A stretch of DNA of 26,912 bases from a virus (lineage: Duplodnaviria > Caudoviricetes). A program made the translations under genes and the position numbers. Every line of letters begins with the position of its first letter. The first letter of the stretch is position 1. Shown one piece after another: positions 10,274 to 18,706 of this stretch. Below the pieces are notes generated by a model, which had not been told where the DNA came from, searched no databases, and saw only the letters and a list, made by a program, of their open reading frames with translations. The DNA is taken from IMG/VR virus record IMGVR_UViG_3300020151_000838, positions 1-26,912 of that record. One strand, written 5' to 3'.

Positions 10274-10560
10274 CAACATTTAGAGAATATCCTTATTATC
10301 CATCTGAAAACTTAGAGGATGTAAAAGAATTATTAAGACAGATAATAAACCTTCGCAAGGATGATATTTCGGTTATATCGCAAATAACATCGTCGTTTAT
10401 ATCGGGGCGTAAGGTGGGGAAAATACCTACTGGAAGTGCGGATGTAGACCCTGCAAAAGATAAGGTTGGAGATGTGAATTATACAGCTAGTTTTCTGTAT
10501 ATTTTAATAGATAACGCTGGCACTCCTGCGTGGAGAAGAGTGGCTTTAGCAGCGTGGTAA
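10270..10560 (+). CDS. Small virion protein
   Basis: ATGA overlap at 10270-10273 with a GAGG RBS. The C-terminal YILIDNAGTPAWRRVAL is a common trimeric phage motif. Confidence 0.6.
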   Translation: MTTFREYPYYPSENLEDVKELLRQIINLRKDDISVISQITSSFISGRKVGKIPTGSADVDPAKDKVGDVNYTASFLYILIDNAGTPAWRRVALAAW

Positions 10561-10572
10561 TAGGAGAATGGT

Positions 10573-11517
10573 ATGGGATTTTTAAATAATTTATTTGGCG
10601 GTTCTAAAGGGAATGCGACGCAATCTCAGCAATCTGGTTACAGTGCGTTGCCAAGTAACCTAAAATCAGGTTTTGACAAATTAGGGCAACAAGTAGCACA
10701 ATACACCGATGTTAGTAACCCTGCAAATATAGCTATGTTTACACCTATGCGAGAAACCGCAGGCGAAACACAGGCGTATAATAATATCAATAGAGGCTTC
10801 ACCCCAACGGCTGAAACCTTAGGGGCTGATTTATCCATGTTACAGAATCCGTTTAATGATTATGTAATTGGAGGGATTAATAACACTGCCAATAGCGATT
10901 TTAGTATATTAAAACAGAACTTAAACCAAGTAGGGCAGTTTGGCTCAAACCGTCAAACTTTAGGTGCAAATGATGTTGAGTTACAAAGACAAAATCAAAT
11001 AGGTAGTTTATTGCAAGGTCAATACAATACAGCGTTAGGGCAAGTGCTTAATAATTTAGTGCCACAAAGACAACAAGACGCAATGAATCAATTGAACGCA
11101 GGACAGAGCCAAAGAGGGCTGGATTATCAAATAAAACAAGCTCCTATCACAGCATTGAACGCTGGCACAAGTATGATTGCACCATTTACGGCTGGTGGCG
11201 TGGGAAGTTCCTTTGACCCCGGCAGTACTGAGGGAATAATCCCGGGGATAGCGAAATTAGCTGGTGCTGTTGGAACTGGTATGAAGGCTTTTTCAGATAT
11301 GACTTTAAAGCATAATATAGAATACAAAACTAACAAAAACGGTTATAATATTTATGAGTTTTCATATAATGGAAGTGACCGCAGATTTGAGGGTGTAATG
11401 GCTCAAGAGGTGCAAGAAATAATGCCAGAAGCGGTTATACAAACGCCTATTGGATTGGCAGTTAATTATGGCATGATAGGAATAGAATTTAGAGAGGTTG
11501 CCAATGGATATGTTTGA
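10573..11517 (+). CDS. Putative ejection protein with C-terminal peptidase S74 (intramolecular chaperone) domain
   Basis: MGFLNNLFGG start and a Gln/Asn/Gly-rich body. The C-terminal FSDMTLKHNI...IYEFSY...GVMAQEV...PEAV...VNYG is the S74 signature. Confidence 0.75.
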   Translation: MGFLNNLFGGSKGNATQSQQSGYSALPSNLKSGFDKLGQQVAQYTDVSNPANIAMFTPMRETAGETQAYNNINRGFTPTAETLGADLSMLQNPFNDYVIGGINNTANSDFSILKQNLNQVGQFGSNRQTLGANDVELQRQNQIGSLLQGQYNTALGQVLNNLVPQRQQDAMNQLNAGQSQRGLDYQIKQAPITALNAGTSMIAPFTAGGVGSSFDPGSTEGIIPGIAKLAGAVGTGMKAFSDMTLKHNIEYKTNKNGYNIYEFSYNGSDRRFEGVMAQEVQEIMPEAVIQTPIGLAVNYGMIGIEFREVANGYV

Positions 11518-12529
11518 CAGAATAGGAAGGGGATTAGCAGGTTTTGGGGCTGGTTATGAAGGTCACGGCATGCAGTATTTGCAACAGCTTCAAGATGAGG
11601 ATTTAAAACTAAAGCAACAAGCGGCTTTGCAGGAATTATCTACATCTAATAACCCAGAGCAAATTATGCAAAGTTTAGCAAGCCAATCGCCAGAGGCTTT
11701 ACTAGCTTATGCAAAATTTAAGCAAGAACAACTAACGCCTAAAGCACCAATGACAAACGGACTGCCAGAGGGCTACATGTGGCAAGATGGACAAGCGGTG
11801 CGTATTCAAGGCGTAGCTCCGAAGCCACAATTACCACAAACAGCAGGATTGCCAGAAGGTTATATGTGGAATAATGGACAGGCGGTTAGAATACCAGGAG
11901 TTTCTCTAAAAGCAGAAGCTCCATTGTCTCCAATTGCAAAATTAACGGCAGATTATAAAGCTGGATTAATCGATGAAGAGACTTATAAACGCACCGTTGC
12001 AAAAGAGACCGCACCAGTTGAGAGGCAATACAAACAATTCCAATTGCAAGCGGCTAGTTTTGCCGACCGTATGTCAAAAGCAGAGCAAATATTACAGCCT
12101 ATAGAGCAATCAGGTGCTGACGTTGTTAATGAGGGGGCGAGAACTGCCGCCGCTATACCAAGTTTGGGCTTAGGTGAGGTTATAGGCAATAGCATGCTAT
12201 CAGAGGAGCAGCAAGCTTACAAAAACGCCGCTTCCGAATGGATACGCTCAAAGCTTAGAAAAGAGTCTGGATCGGCTATACCAGAGAATGAAATGGAGCA
12301 GGAGTATAGAACATATTTTCCAGTTGCAGGGGATAAGCCAGAGGTTATAAAACAAAAAGCTATGTTAAGAATGGCAAATACACAGTCTATGATTAAACAA
12401 GCGTCTGGAGCCTATGAAGACCAATACGGTATGGATAGTCCACAAGTAGATAGCACCATAAATAACCCAGCCCCAGATAAAGGTGGAAAGGTTTTAATAT
12501 TTGATAAAGACGGAAATATAGTACAATGA
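11504..12529 (+). CDS. Putative ejection / DNA transfer protein
   Basis: ATG at 11504 after GAGAGG. Contains LRKESGSAIPENE...YFPVAGD and a duplicated GLPEGYMW..GQAVRI.GV unit. Confidence 0.6.
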   Translation: MDMFDRIGRGLAGFGAGYEGHGMQYLQQLQDEDLKLKQQAALQELSTSNNPEQIMQSLASQSPEALLAYAKFKQEQLTPKAPMTNGLPEGYMWQDGQAVRIQGVAPKPQLPQTAGLPEGYMWNNGQAVRIPGVSLKAEAPLSPIAKLTADYKAGLIDEETYKRTVAKETAPVERQYKQFQLQAASFADRMSKAEQILQPIEQSGADVVNEGARTAAAIPSLGLGEVIGNSMLSEEQQAYKNAASEWIRSKLRKESGSAIPENEMEQEYRTYFPVAGDKPEVIKQKAMLRMANTQSMIKQASGAYEDQYGMDSPQVDSTINNPAPDKGGKVLIFDKDGNIVQ

Positions 12530-14631
12530 TAACTGCACAGCTTCCAGATGGCACTAGCCTACAATTTCCAGACGATACGCCACAAAGCGTAATTCAAAGC
12601 GTTGTGCGTAAACAGTTGGGTGTTGGCACGCCATCTGCACCAAGACCAGCAGACCCACGTACCACGGGCATAGGACGTACAGTTGCAGACCAAGGGGTGC
12701 AGGGGTTGACATTTGGTTTCGGAGACGAGGTGAGTGACGCTATAGGTGCTGGCGTTGCAAAGTTATACGGCATGGCTACAGGTAATAATGACAGTTCTTT
12801 ATCGCAATTATATAACGAGGCTCGAGCTAACACAAGCCAGCGGTTGCCAGCACAATTTGATGAGAATCCTTTAACAAGTATTGCTTCGCAAGTAGGCGGT
12901 GCTGCTTTGACAGGTGCTGCTGGATTGCGATATTTAGCAACAAAAGCCCCAGCGGTTGCTGGGGCATTGGAGGCGTATGCACAAGCAAACCCATACAAAA
13001 CAGCCATTGGAGCTGGTATATCATCGGGGGCGTTATATGGTGCTGGAACAAGCACAGGCGGAATTAAAGAAAGAATCCCAGATGCACTTTTGGGTGGCGT
13101 GGGTGGTGCTGTTGCTGGTCCTTTGGGGACTTATGTAGGCAGAAACGCAATCGCTCCTTTAGTTAATAAAATAGGCTCAACTGCTCCAGTCCAATCAGCT
13201 CTATCAAAGATAGGGGATTTTGCACAAAAACCAGTACAAAACGTTAACCCTGTGTTAAGTGGTGCGGAATCGCAAGTATTAAAAACTGATATGAATCCCA
13301 ATCTATTAAAATTGAAAGATGAAATATTTACAAAAACTGGCGGTCAAAGATTGCAAGACGCAGGATTGCAACGATTAGAAAACGATGCAAGGGCTGGGAC
13401 ATTAACGAAAGGGGCGGAGCGAACAATCCTTGAGGCTGATAGAGTCCAAAACAGGGAGTTCCATACATATATAGACAATTTAGCAAAGGGCATAGATAAA
13501 GGCACAGACCCAAATGTTTTAATTGAAGGCGTTACGGATGTTTTAAAGGGCAACGCTAAAGCGATGAAAAAAGGCGTTAATAGTGCCTATGAAATAGCAA
13601 GAGAAGGGAAGGGCGTTAAAATTGGAAGCCAAGATATAAGAGAGGGTTTATGGAGTAATATAGCCGCTACTCGCAGGGAGCAAGCGTACGATATATCTCA
13701 AATGCCAAAAGCAAAAGCCGTTATAAAGAGACTTGCTACATATTCAAAACTACGCCCAGAATCCCCGATATCAGCAGTAAAGTTAGGAGAACTCGAAAAC
13801 TGGCGGAAACAGGCTACAAATGCAATATCATCAACGCAAGACCCAACGGAAAAAAGATTTTTAGGGCAGATGGTGCGTGGCTATGATAATTTCATGGAAG
13901 AAACGGCAAGTGATGCTGTAGACTTAGGAGATGCCCAAGCTATAAATGCTTTTAAGGATGCGGTCGGGAAAAGGCGTGAGTACGGTCAATTATTTGAACG
14001 TAATAAAATAGTGCAGGAGATAATAGGAGGAGAGAAATCGGTAGATGATACGGTGAAGTCACTAATCGGCACTGGCTCCATAAAAGGCAAAAAAGAAATG
14101 GCTAATAATTTTGATGCTATAGTAAAGGCGGCAGGGGAAGAGTCGGATAACGTGCAGAGCGATTTAAGGCAAGCGTTCACACTTAATCTTTTTAAAAAAT
14201 CTATAAATGGCTTTGAGCCGAATAACCCTAGCGTCGAGAGAATTTCGCCAGCAAAATTAGCTACCGAAATGGAAAATCTATTTATACACCAAAGAGATTT
14301 TGCAGAAAAGTTATACGGTAAAGACGTAGTGCAGGAAGGGTTAAAAGGAATAAAAGAATTGAAACTTATTTCAACCTCTCAAGCTGGCGTAAGGAATGCG
14401 TCTGGCAGTGGCGAGTGGCTGGGAAGATTTTTAAACGCACCTGGCATAAAACGCATACCAGGTGTTGGTTTAGTAGGTCAAGCGGTTGAGGCGCAACAAG
14501 CACATCAAGGAGCCGCACAAGTAAATAAAAGCTTGCATGATTTTTTAAAAGAGTCGAATAAACCTGTGTCAACTATATGGTCAACAGTTGCACCAATATC
14601 GACGCAATCTATCAACAAGGAGAATAAATAA
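12526..14631 (+). CDS. Large ejection / DNA transfer protein (internal virion protein)
   Basis: N-terminal LPDGTSLQFPDDTP, QGLTFGFGDE, Gly/Ala-rich hydrophobic segments, then a helical domain. Third gene of the ejection trio. Confidence 0.65.
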   Translation: MITAQLPDGTSLQFPDDTPQSVIQSVVRKQLGVGTPSAPRPADPRTTGIGRTVADQGVQGLTFGFGDEVSDAIGAGVAKLYGMATGNNDSSLSQLYNEARANTSQRLPAQFDENPLTSIASQVGGAALTGAAGLRYLATKAPAVAGALEAYAQANPYKTAIGAGISSGALYGAGTSTGGIKERIPDALLGGVGGAVAGPLGTYVGRNAIAPLVNKIGSTAPVQSALSKIGDFAQKPVQNVNPVLSGAESQVLKTDMNPNLLKLKDEIFTKTGGQRLQDAGLQRLENDARAGTLTKGAERTILEADRVQNREFHTYIDNLAKGIDKGTDPNVLIEGVTDVLKGNAKAMKKGVNSAYEIAREGKGVKIGSQDIREGLWSNIAATRREQAYDISQMPKAKAVIKRLATYSKLRPESPISAVKLGELENWRKQATNAISSTQDPTEKRFLGQMVRGYDNFMEETASDAVDLGDAQAINAFKDAVGKRREYGQLFERNKIVQEIIGGEKSVDDTVKSLIGTGSIKGKKEMANNFDAIVKAAGEESDNVQSDLRQAFTLNLFKKSINGFEPNNPSVERISPAKLATEMENLFIHQRDFAEKLYGKDVVQEGLKGIKELKLISTSQAGVRNASGSGEWLGRFLNAPGIKRIPGVGLVGQAVEAQQAHQGAAQVNKSLHDFLKESNKPVSTIWSTVAPISTQSINKENK

Positions 14632-14978
14632 TGGCTAGAATATATAACACCACTCTAACAGCAAACGGAGACGCAATTATACCGCTTCATAATAACAAAG
14701 CTGGAAAGCGGAATATATACAGCGTGCAAGTTTATGCAACATTTGGCGGTGGCACTGTAACGGCTTTTATAAATCCAGCGGGTAAAGTTTCCGCAGAAGC
14801 TGGCACAACTAACGATATCTCGTTAAAAAATGCTTACGGTACAGCTATATCATCTACGGTTGCGTTTAATTTTGATTTTGAATGCAATAGTGATACAATG
14901 AACGCTGTAGTGTTGAAGATTACATTAGCAGGTGCAACCGCCCCATCATTAATAGTAAGAGTGGATGACGCAACGTGA
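14631..14978 (+). CDS. Hypothetical virion protein
   Basis: TAATG coupling, GGAG RBS, beta-rich composition. Confidence 0.55.
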   Translation: MARIYNTTLTANGDAIIPLHNNKAGKRNIYSVQVYATFGGGTVTAFINPAGKVSAEAGTTNDISLKNAYGTAISSTVAFNFDFECNSDTMNAVVLKITLAGATAPSLIVRVDDAT

Positions 14979-15736
14979 TAACATACGAATTAGGGCTTTC
15001 GCAATCAGCAGAACTGGCTTATGAACTAGGAAGCCAATCAGCAATCGACGCTGGAGCAACTGGATTTTATATTGATAGCTCTTTAAAGCTATGGCTTGAT
15101 GCCTCGGATACGTCAACTATATCTCATAGCACAGGTAATGTTACTTCATGGGGAGATAAATCAGGTAATGCTAATAACGCTACAACAAGTAGTGGCTCTC
15201 CAAGGACTGGTGATAGCACACAAAACGGCAAAAACGTTATAGATTTTACCACAAGCCAAATGACGCTACCATCTGCTTTATATACTATTCCAAGTGGTGC
15301 AAACACATTATTTGTAGTGGCAAAAAGAACAACTGAAACAGGGCTTATCGGAACAACAATAGCCATGGCGACGGGTGCGACAAACCAGTATTTCCATATA
15401 TTTGGTGTTGCTGGCTTTCAATCATTTACAAATAGAGACGCAGGTGGCGGTTCTAGGTCTGTAAGCGGAATAACAAATACCAACTTTAGCGTTGCGTATA
15501 TGAGGCGTTCTTCAACAACGCAAGGAATAGCGGTAAACTCAACGACATTATCAACTAACACCAGTGCAACCGACGCTACGCCTACCGCTGCCTATATAGG
15601 AACTGCAGCAAGTTTAACACTGCCATTAATTGGTAGTATTGCAGAGATTATTTTATATAACGCTGCAATAACAGATGCACAAGCATTGACTGTTATGAAC
15701 TACTTATCAAGAAAATGGAATGTAACTTTAACATAA
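14975..15736 (+). CDS. LamG/concanavalin A-like domain virion protein (possible receptor binding)
   Basis: LKLWLDASD...VTSWGDKSGNANNAT and GSIAEIILYNAAIT...YLSRKW signatures. GTGA overlap start. Confidence 0.75.
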   Translation: MITYELGLSQSAELAYELGSQSAIDAGATGFYIDSSLKLWLDASDTSTISHSTGNVTSWGDKSGNANNATTSSGSPRTGDSTQNGKNVIDFTTSQMTLPSALYTIPSGANTLFVVAKRTTETGLIGTTIAMATGATNQYFHIFGVAGFQSFTNRDAGGGSRSVSGITNTNFSVAYMRRSSTTQGIAVNSTTLSTNTSATDATPTAAYIGTAASLTLPLIGSIAEIILYNAAITDAQALTVMNYLSRKWNVTLT

Positions 15737-15745
15737 GAGGATTGT

Positions 15746-15832
15746 ATGAACTATATACACCAAGGCAGAACAAATATTTTAAAAGCGGCTTATCCAGCGT
15801 TAGAGGTTAAAACACAAGGGGTTTTAGCGTAA
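15746..15832 (+). CDS. 28-aa small ORF (MNYIHQGRTNILKAAYPALEVKTQGVLA)
   Basis: AAGAGGA RBS and TAATG overlap with the next gene. Below the ORF-track length cut-off. Confidence 0.5.
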   Translation: MNYIHQGRTNILKAAYPALEVKTQGVLA

Positions 15833-16227
15833 TGCCGAAAGTAACAACCGCCGGATTAGATGAAAGGCTCAAGCATGTGGAAAGGGAGGTTTTGGTTCTT
15901 CAAGATAAAAAGCTTTCTAAGCATGAAAAAGCTAATATTGACCAAAATATTACAGGATTAAAAGACATTTTCTCAAAGGACATAGAGAAGATGCACAGGG
16001 AGCTTGAGACTACATCTAAAACAACTATGGAAAATACAATGGCGATTAATCAAATAAAGTCTTCATTAGAAGATATTGATAAAACTATAATTGGCGTTCA
16101 AAAGTTTCTAAAAGATACATTTTTACCTGAAATTTATAGAATAGCAAAAAATATATTCGTAGGTTTGGGTATTATAATTATCGGGCTTGTGACATATATC
16201 GGTGGCACAATCTTAAAACTTTGGTAG
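15832..16227 (+). CDS. Coiled-coil protein with C-terminal transmembrane helix (holin-like)
   Basis: Hydrophobic IFVGLGIIIIGLVTYIGGTIL segment. Lies directly upstream of the endolysin. Confidence 0.55.
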   Translation: MPKVTTAGLDERLKHVEREVLVLQDKKLSKHEKANIDQNITGLKDIFSKDIEKMHRELETTSKTTMENTMAINQIKSSLEDIDKTIIGVQKFLKDTFLPEIYRIAKNIFVGLGIIIIGLVTYIGGTILKLW

Positions 16228-16229
16228 TT

Positions 16230-16682
16230 ATGCAAATATCAAAACATTTTAACATGCAGGAAGTTATTAAATCTCATACAGCTACACGCTTGGGGATTGA
16301 TAACTCCCTGCCTGACAACCTGCTCCCTAACGTGAGATTGGTTGCAGAGAAGATATTAGAGCCTGTGCGGTTATACTTTAGTAGACCAATAATAGTATCT
16401 TCGTGGTATCGCTCTCCAAAGCTAAATAAAGCTATTGGTGGTAGTTTAAAATCAGACCATTGCAAAGGTTGTGCAGTTGACTTTGAAATAGATGGCATGG
16501 CAAATGCTTTTATTGCTGAATTCATCCGTGACAACTTAGAATTTAGGCAGTTGATACTTGAGTTTTACAATCCTGATAAGCCAAACTCTGGCTGGATTCA
16601 TTGCTCTTTTGTTGAGGGTGATAATAAGAAGGAAGTTTTAAGAACGCAGGACGGCAAGACTTATTATAAAGGGTTATATTAA
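16230..16682 (+). CDS. Endolysin, peptidase M15A family (Zn D-Ala-D-Ala peptidase fold)
   Basis: SSWYRSPKLNKAIGG..SDHCKGCAVDF and WIHCS provide the SxHxxGxAxD and HxS Zn ligands. Confidence 0.88.
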   Translation: MQISKHFNMQEVIKSHTATRLGIDNSLPDNLLPNVRLVAEKILEPVRLYFSRPIIVSSWYRSPKLNKAIGGSLKSDHCKGCAVDFEIDGMANAFIAEFIRDNLEFRQLILEFYNPDKPNSGWIHCSFVEGDNKKEVLRTQDGKTYYKGLY

Positions 16683-16948
16683 TGACAGTAGTAAATTTAT
16701 CCGTACATAAAAATAATAAATGGCAAAGAGAGCGGAAAGCGTTACGCAAAGATGCGGTCGATAATATAAAAAGACTTGTAAACAATCGTGATGTTGCTGG
16801 GTATGTTATAGTTGTTTGGAGTGAGGCAGGAGAGCGAAGGGTTAATTGGGAAGTAACGTCTAAAAGTAAAATCCGCCCCTTCCAAATGCCCGATTACTGT
16901 AAACATGCTTTGGGTTCGGAGTTGCACGAAAACGAGCGTGGTAGATAA
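16682..16948 (+). CDS. Hypothetical protein (88 aa)
   Basis: TAATG coupling to the endolysin stop. Confidence 0.65.
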   Translation: MTVVNLSVHKNNKWQRERKALRKDAVDNIKRLVNNRDVAGYVIVVWSEAGERRVNWEVTSKSKIRPFQMPDYCKHALGSELHENERGR

Positions 16949-17085
16949 TGGGAATACACGTTACAAAAGAAGGTAAGTTTTGGGGCGAATTTGCCCCTTT
17001 TAGATGCCACCAGCGTGGTGACTGGTGGACTGTTGTAGTTGATTATATAGCTTGTCTCTCAAAAATCAACCATTGCGAGCAATAA
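16948..17085 (+). CDS. 45-aa small ORF (MGIHVTKEGKFWGEFAPFRCHQRGDWW...)
   Basis: TAATG coupling at 16946-16950. Read by hand. Confidence 0.4.
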   Translation: MGIHVTKEGKFWGEFAPFRCHQRGDWWTVVVDYIACLSKINHCEQ

Positions 17086-17166
17086 ACAGTGTATAACGAG
17101 TGCGGCTTATGTTATAATATAAGCTATAGCCTTAGTTCGTTTTATAACGTGAGCAAGCATACGCAA

Positions 17167-17358
17167 TTAAACAAACTCCCCCACTTTGTATAATTTACAG
17201 AAAACATATATAAAAACCAATTTCGTGAGGTCACGAATATGGTCGTACCAATTTTCCCAAGCGGTAAATATGGTATGTAACGTTCTAATTGGGGCGAATT
17301 CACCCCTTTTGTGGAGCGTGAAATAACCTCGACACTCCAACAGCCGTATTTGTGGCAA
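17167..17358 (-). CDS. Possible 63-aa ORF
   Basis: TTG start preceded by GGGGGAG and flanked by direct repeats. It overlaps several dyads, so it may be non-coding. Confidence 0.3.
   Translation of the reverse strand: MPQIRLLECRGYFTLHKRGEFAPIRTLHTIFTAWENWYDHIRDLTKLVFIYVFCKLYKVGEFV
17216..17274. repeat. Two tandem 28-bp dyad units ACCAATTT-N12-AATATGGT
   Basis: Units at 17216-17243 and 17247-17274 have identical 8-bp arms and different 12-bp centres. Confidence 0.7.
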
Positions 17359-17431
17359 TTACAGACTCCCCCAATTTGTAACATTCATAATGTATCGAAT
17401 CAAACACCTTTACGAGTATATGCTAGACATG

Positions 17432-17591
17432 GTGCTTTAGAGCAAATCTAAAAGCAACGTGCAATTTTCGCACAATGCTTAACAATCAATTATTTAAGTG
17501 CTTTAGAGCTATACACACATGCTTGCACATATAAATGATTAGTGATATTATATGCTCGTCACTTGCTTAACGTTTAAATGCTCCAGAGCAT
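17432..17591. promoter_or_regulatory. Three operator-like palindromes TGCTYYAGAGC
   Basis: GTGCTTTAGAGC at 17432-17443 and 17498-17509, and ATGCTCCAGAGCAT at 17578-17591. Confidence 0.5.
17523..17551 (+). promoter_or_regulatory. Sigma70-type promoter upstream of the DUF1353-like gene
   Basis: TTGCAC, 17 bp, TATTAT, with an extended -10 TG. Confidence 0.55.
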
Positions 17592-17635
17592 AGTTAAGAT
17601 TACCAACTCGGTATGACAAATTTTAGGATAGCATT

Positions 17636-18133
17636 ATGGGTATAGGAAAAATCATATTACCTCAATTTGAAGGCTGGGAAACGGGGCTTGAGAAAGATGT
17701 TAATATCACTAATCTAGTGCCATTTACTTATACTAGATTAAAGATTTTGCCTTGCTACACTGATATTATCCCACCGAAACAACTTATATTCAAAGATGAC
17801 TATAATCAAGGCGAAGCGGTTTGGAATGTTGACGGTCTTTTGTTTCTAGATATAGGCTATAAAATAGACGGTGCAACATTAGCGGTTGATACTCCTGATT
17901 TTATGAAACACGGTGCTGGTATCCATGACGCTGGTTGCACTGCCATTGAGCGTGGTTTGTTTGATAATCCTAGCCTCAACGAAAGACAAAATAAAAAGAT
18001 TAGAAAAAGGTATAGGCTATTGGTTGACCAGTTACTCTATAAAATCCTAATAGAGGACGGTATGCCTGAATTTAGGGCTAAGGCGGTGCTTCTGGCTACG
18101 TCTACTTATGGGAAGGTAAAATACTCAATCTAA
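17636..18133 (+). CDS. DUF1353-like protein
   Basis: GYKIDGAT...AGIHDAGC...DQLLYKILIEDGM..FRA pattern matches DUF1353 (GF.tDgAS...aHD.ly...aD..f...l...Gv). AGGA RBS. Confidence 0.7.
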   Translation: MGIGKIILPQFEGWETGLEKDVNITNLVPFTYTRLKILPCYTDIIPPKQLIFKDDYNQGEAVWNVDGLLFLDIGYKIDGATLAVDTPDFMKHGAGIHDAGCTAIERGLFDNPSLNERQNKKIRKRYRLLVDQLLYKILIEDGMPEFRAKAVLLATSTYGKVKYSI

Positions 18134-18135
18134 CC

Positions 18136-18522
18136 TTACCATTCTGTTAAGTACAAATCTCCATCAGCACAAGTAACAAACCCCTCACTTTCAAATAATC
18201 TATAACTATAAACATTACATTGTGCATGTACGTCAGCGGACGGATAATAGCGTTTTATCCATTTTAAACCATGATGCAGGACGTAATTCCCTAAATGCTT
18301 ACCTTGCATTTGTGGAATAAGTGCGATTCCTATTTCTTCATCTATAGGGTCAAAAAATACGCATCCAATAATACATCTTAAAAAACAATCATAAACGCCA
18401 ATAATGCGACATGTATCATATTGAAAAAAATATTCAGAATTAAAATCTTTATATCGCTTTACATTTAATTGTTTTCTTGCGAACTCTCTTTTTTCACCTG
18501 TTAATAAAATAGCTCTTTGCAT
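18136..18522 (-). CDS. GNAT-family acetyltransferase
   Basis: EIGIALIPQMQGKHLG (motif A, Q/RxxGxG-like) and N..SYRLFESEGF (motif B). Confidence 0.75.
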   Translation of the reverse strand: MQRAILLTGEKREFARKQLNVKRYKDFNSEYFFQYDTCRIIGVYDCFLRCIIGCVFFDPIDEEIGIALIPQMQGKHLGNYVLHHGLKWIKRYYPSADVHAQCNVYSYRLFESEGFVTCADGDLYLTEW

Positions 18523-18690
18523 CTAAACGCACCACTCTAAAGCTTGGCAGGGGTTAATCCAGTCAGTATTTCTAATATGATGCAGATGCAAAATCATCAT
18601 AGCACCCATAGGAATTAGCCATAAGCACATACTTATAAAAATAATATCTAGCCAATTTCTTAGATACCATTTATTGAATGATTGCCACAT
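18523..18690 (-). CDS. 55-aa membrane protein (MWQSFNKWYLRNWLDIIFISMCLWLIPMGAMMIL...)
   Basis: AAAGGAG RBS and one hydrophobic helix. The stop abuts the GNAT ATG. Read by hand. Confidence 0.65.
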   Translation of the reverse strand: MWQSFNKWYLRNWLDIIFISMCLWLIPMGAMMILHLHHIRNTDWINPCQALEWCV

Positions 18691-18706
18691 AATCTACTCC
18701 TTTAAA

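Noticed and set aside
1113-16785. Numerous minus-strand ORFs within the late operon (e.g. 3568-4095, 12594-13055)
   Set aside because: These are antisense shadows of well-supported structural genes with no recognisable motifs.
17087-17127. dif/Xer-like attP (…GTATAA-N10-TTATGTTATAA)
   Set aside because: Only a partial XerD-like arm is present, with a 10-bp centre and a poor XerC arm. It is equally explained by AT-rich hairpins.
17565-17599. Integron attC-like site (GCTTAAC...GTTAAGA)
   Set aside because: Far shorter than known attC sites, no L boxes, and no integron integrase.
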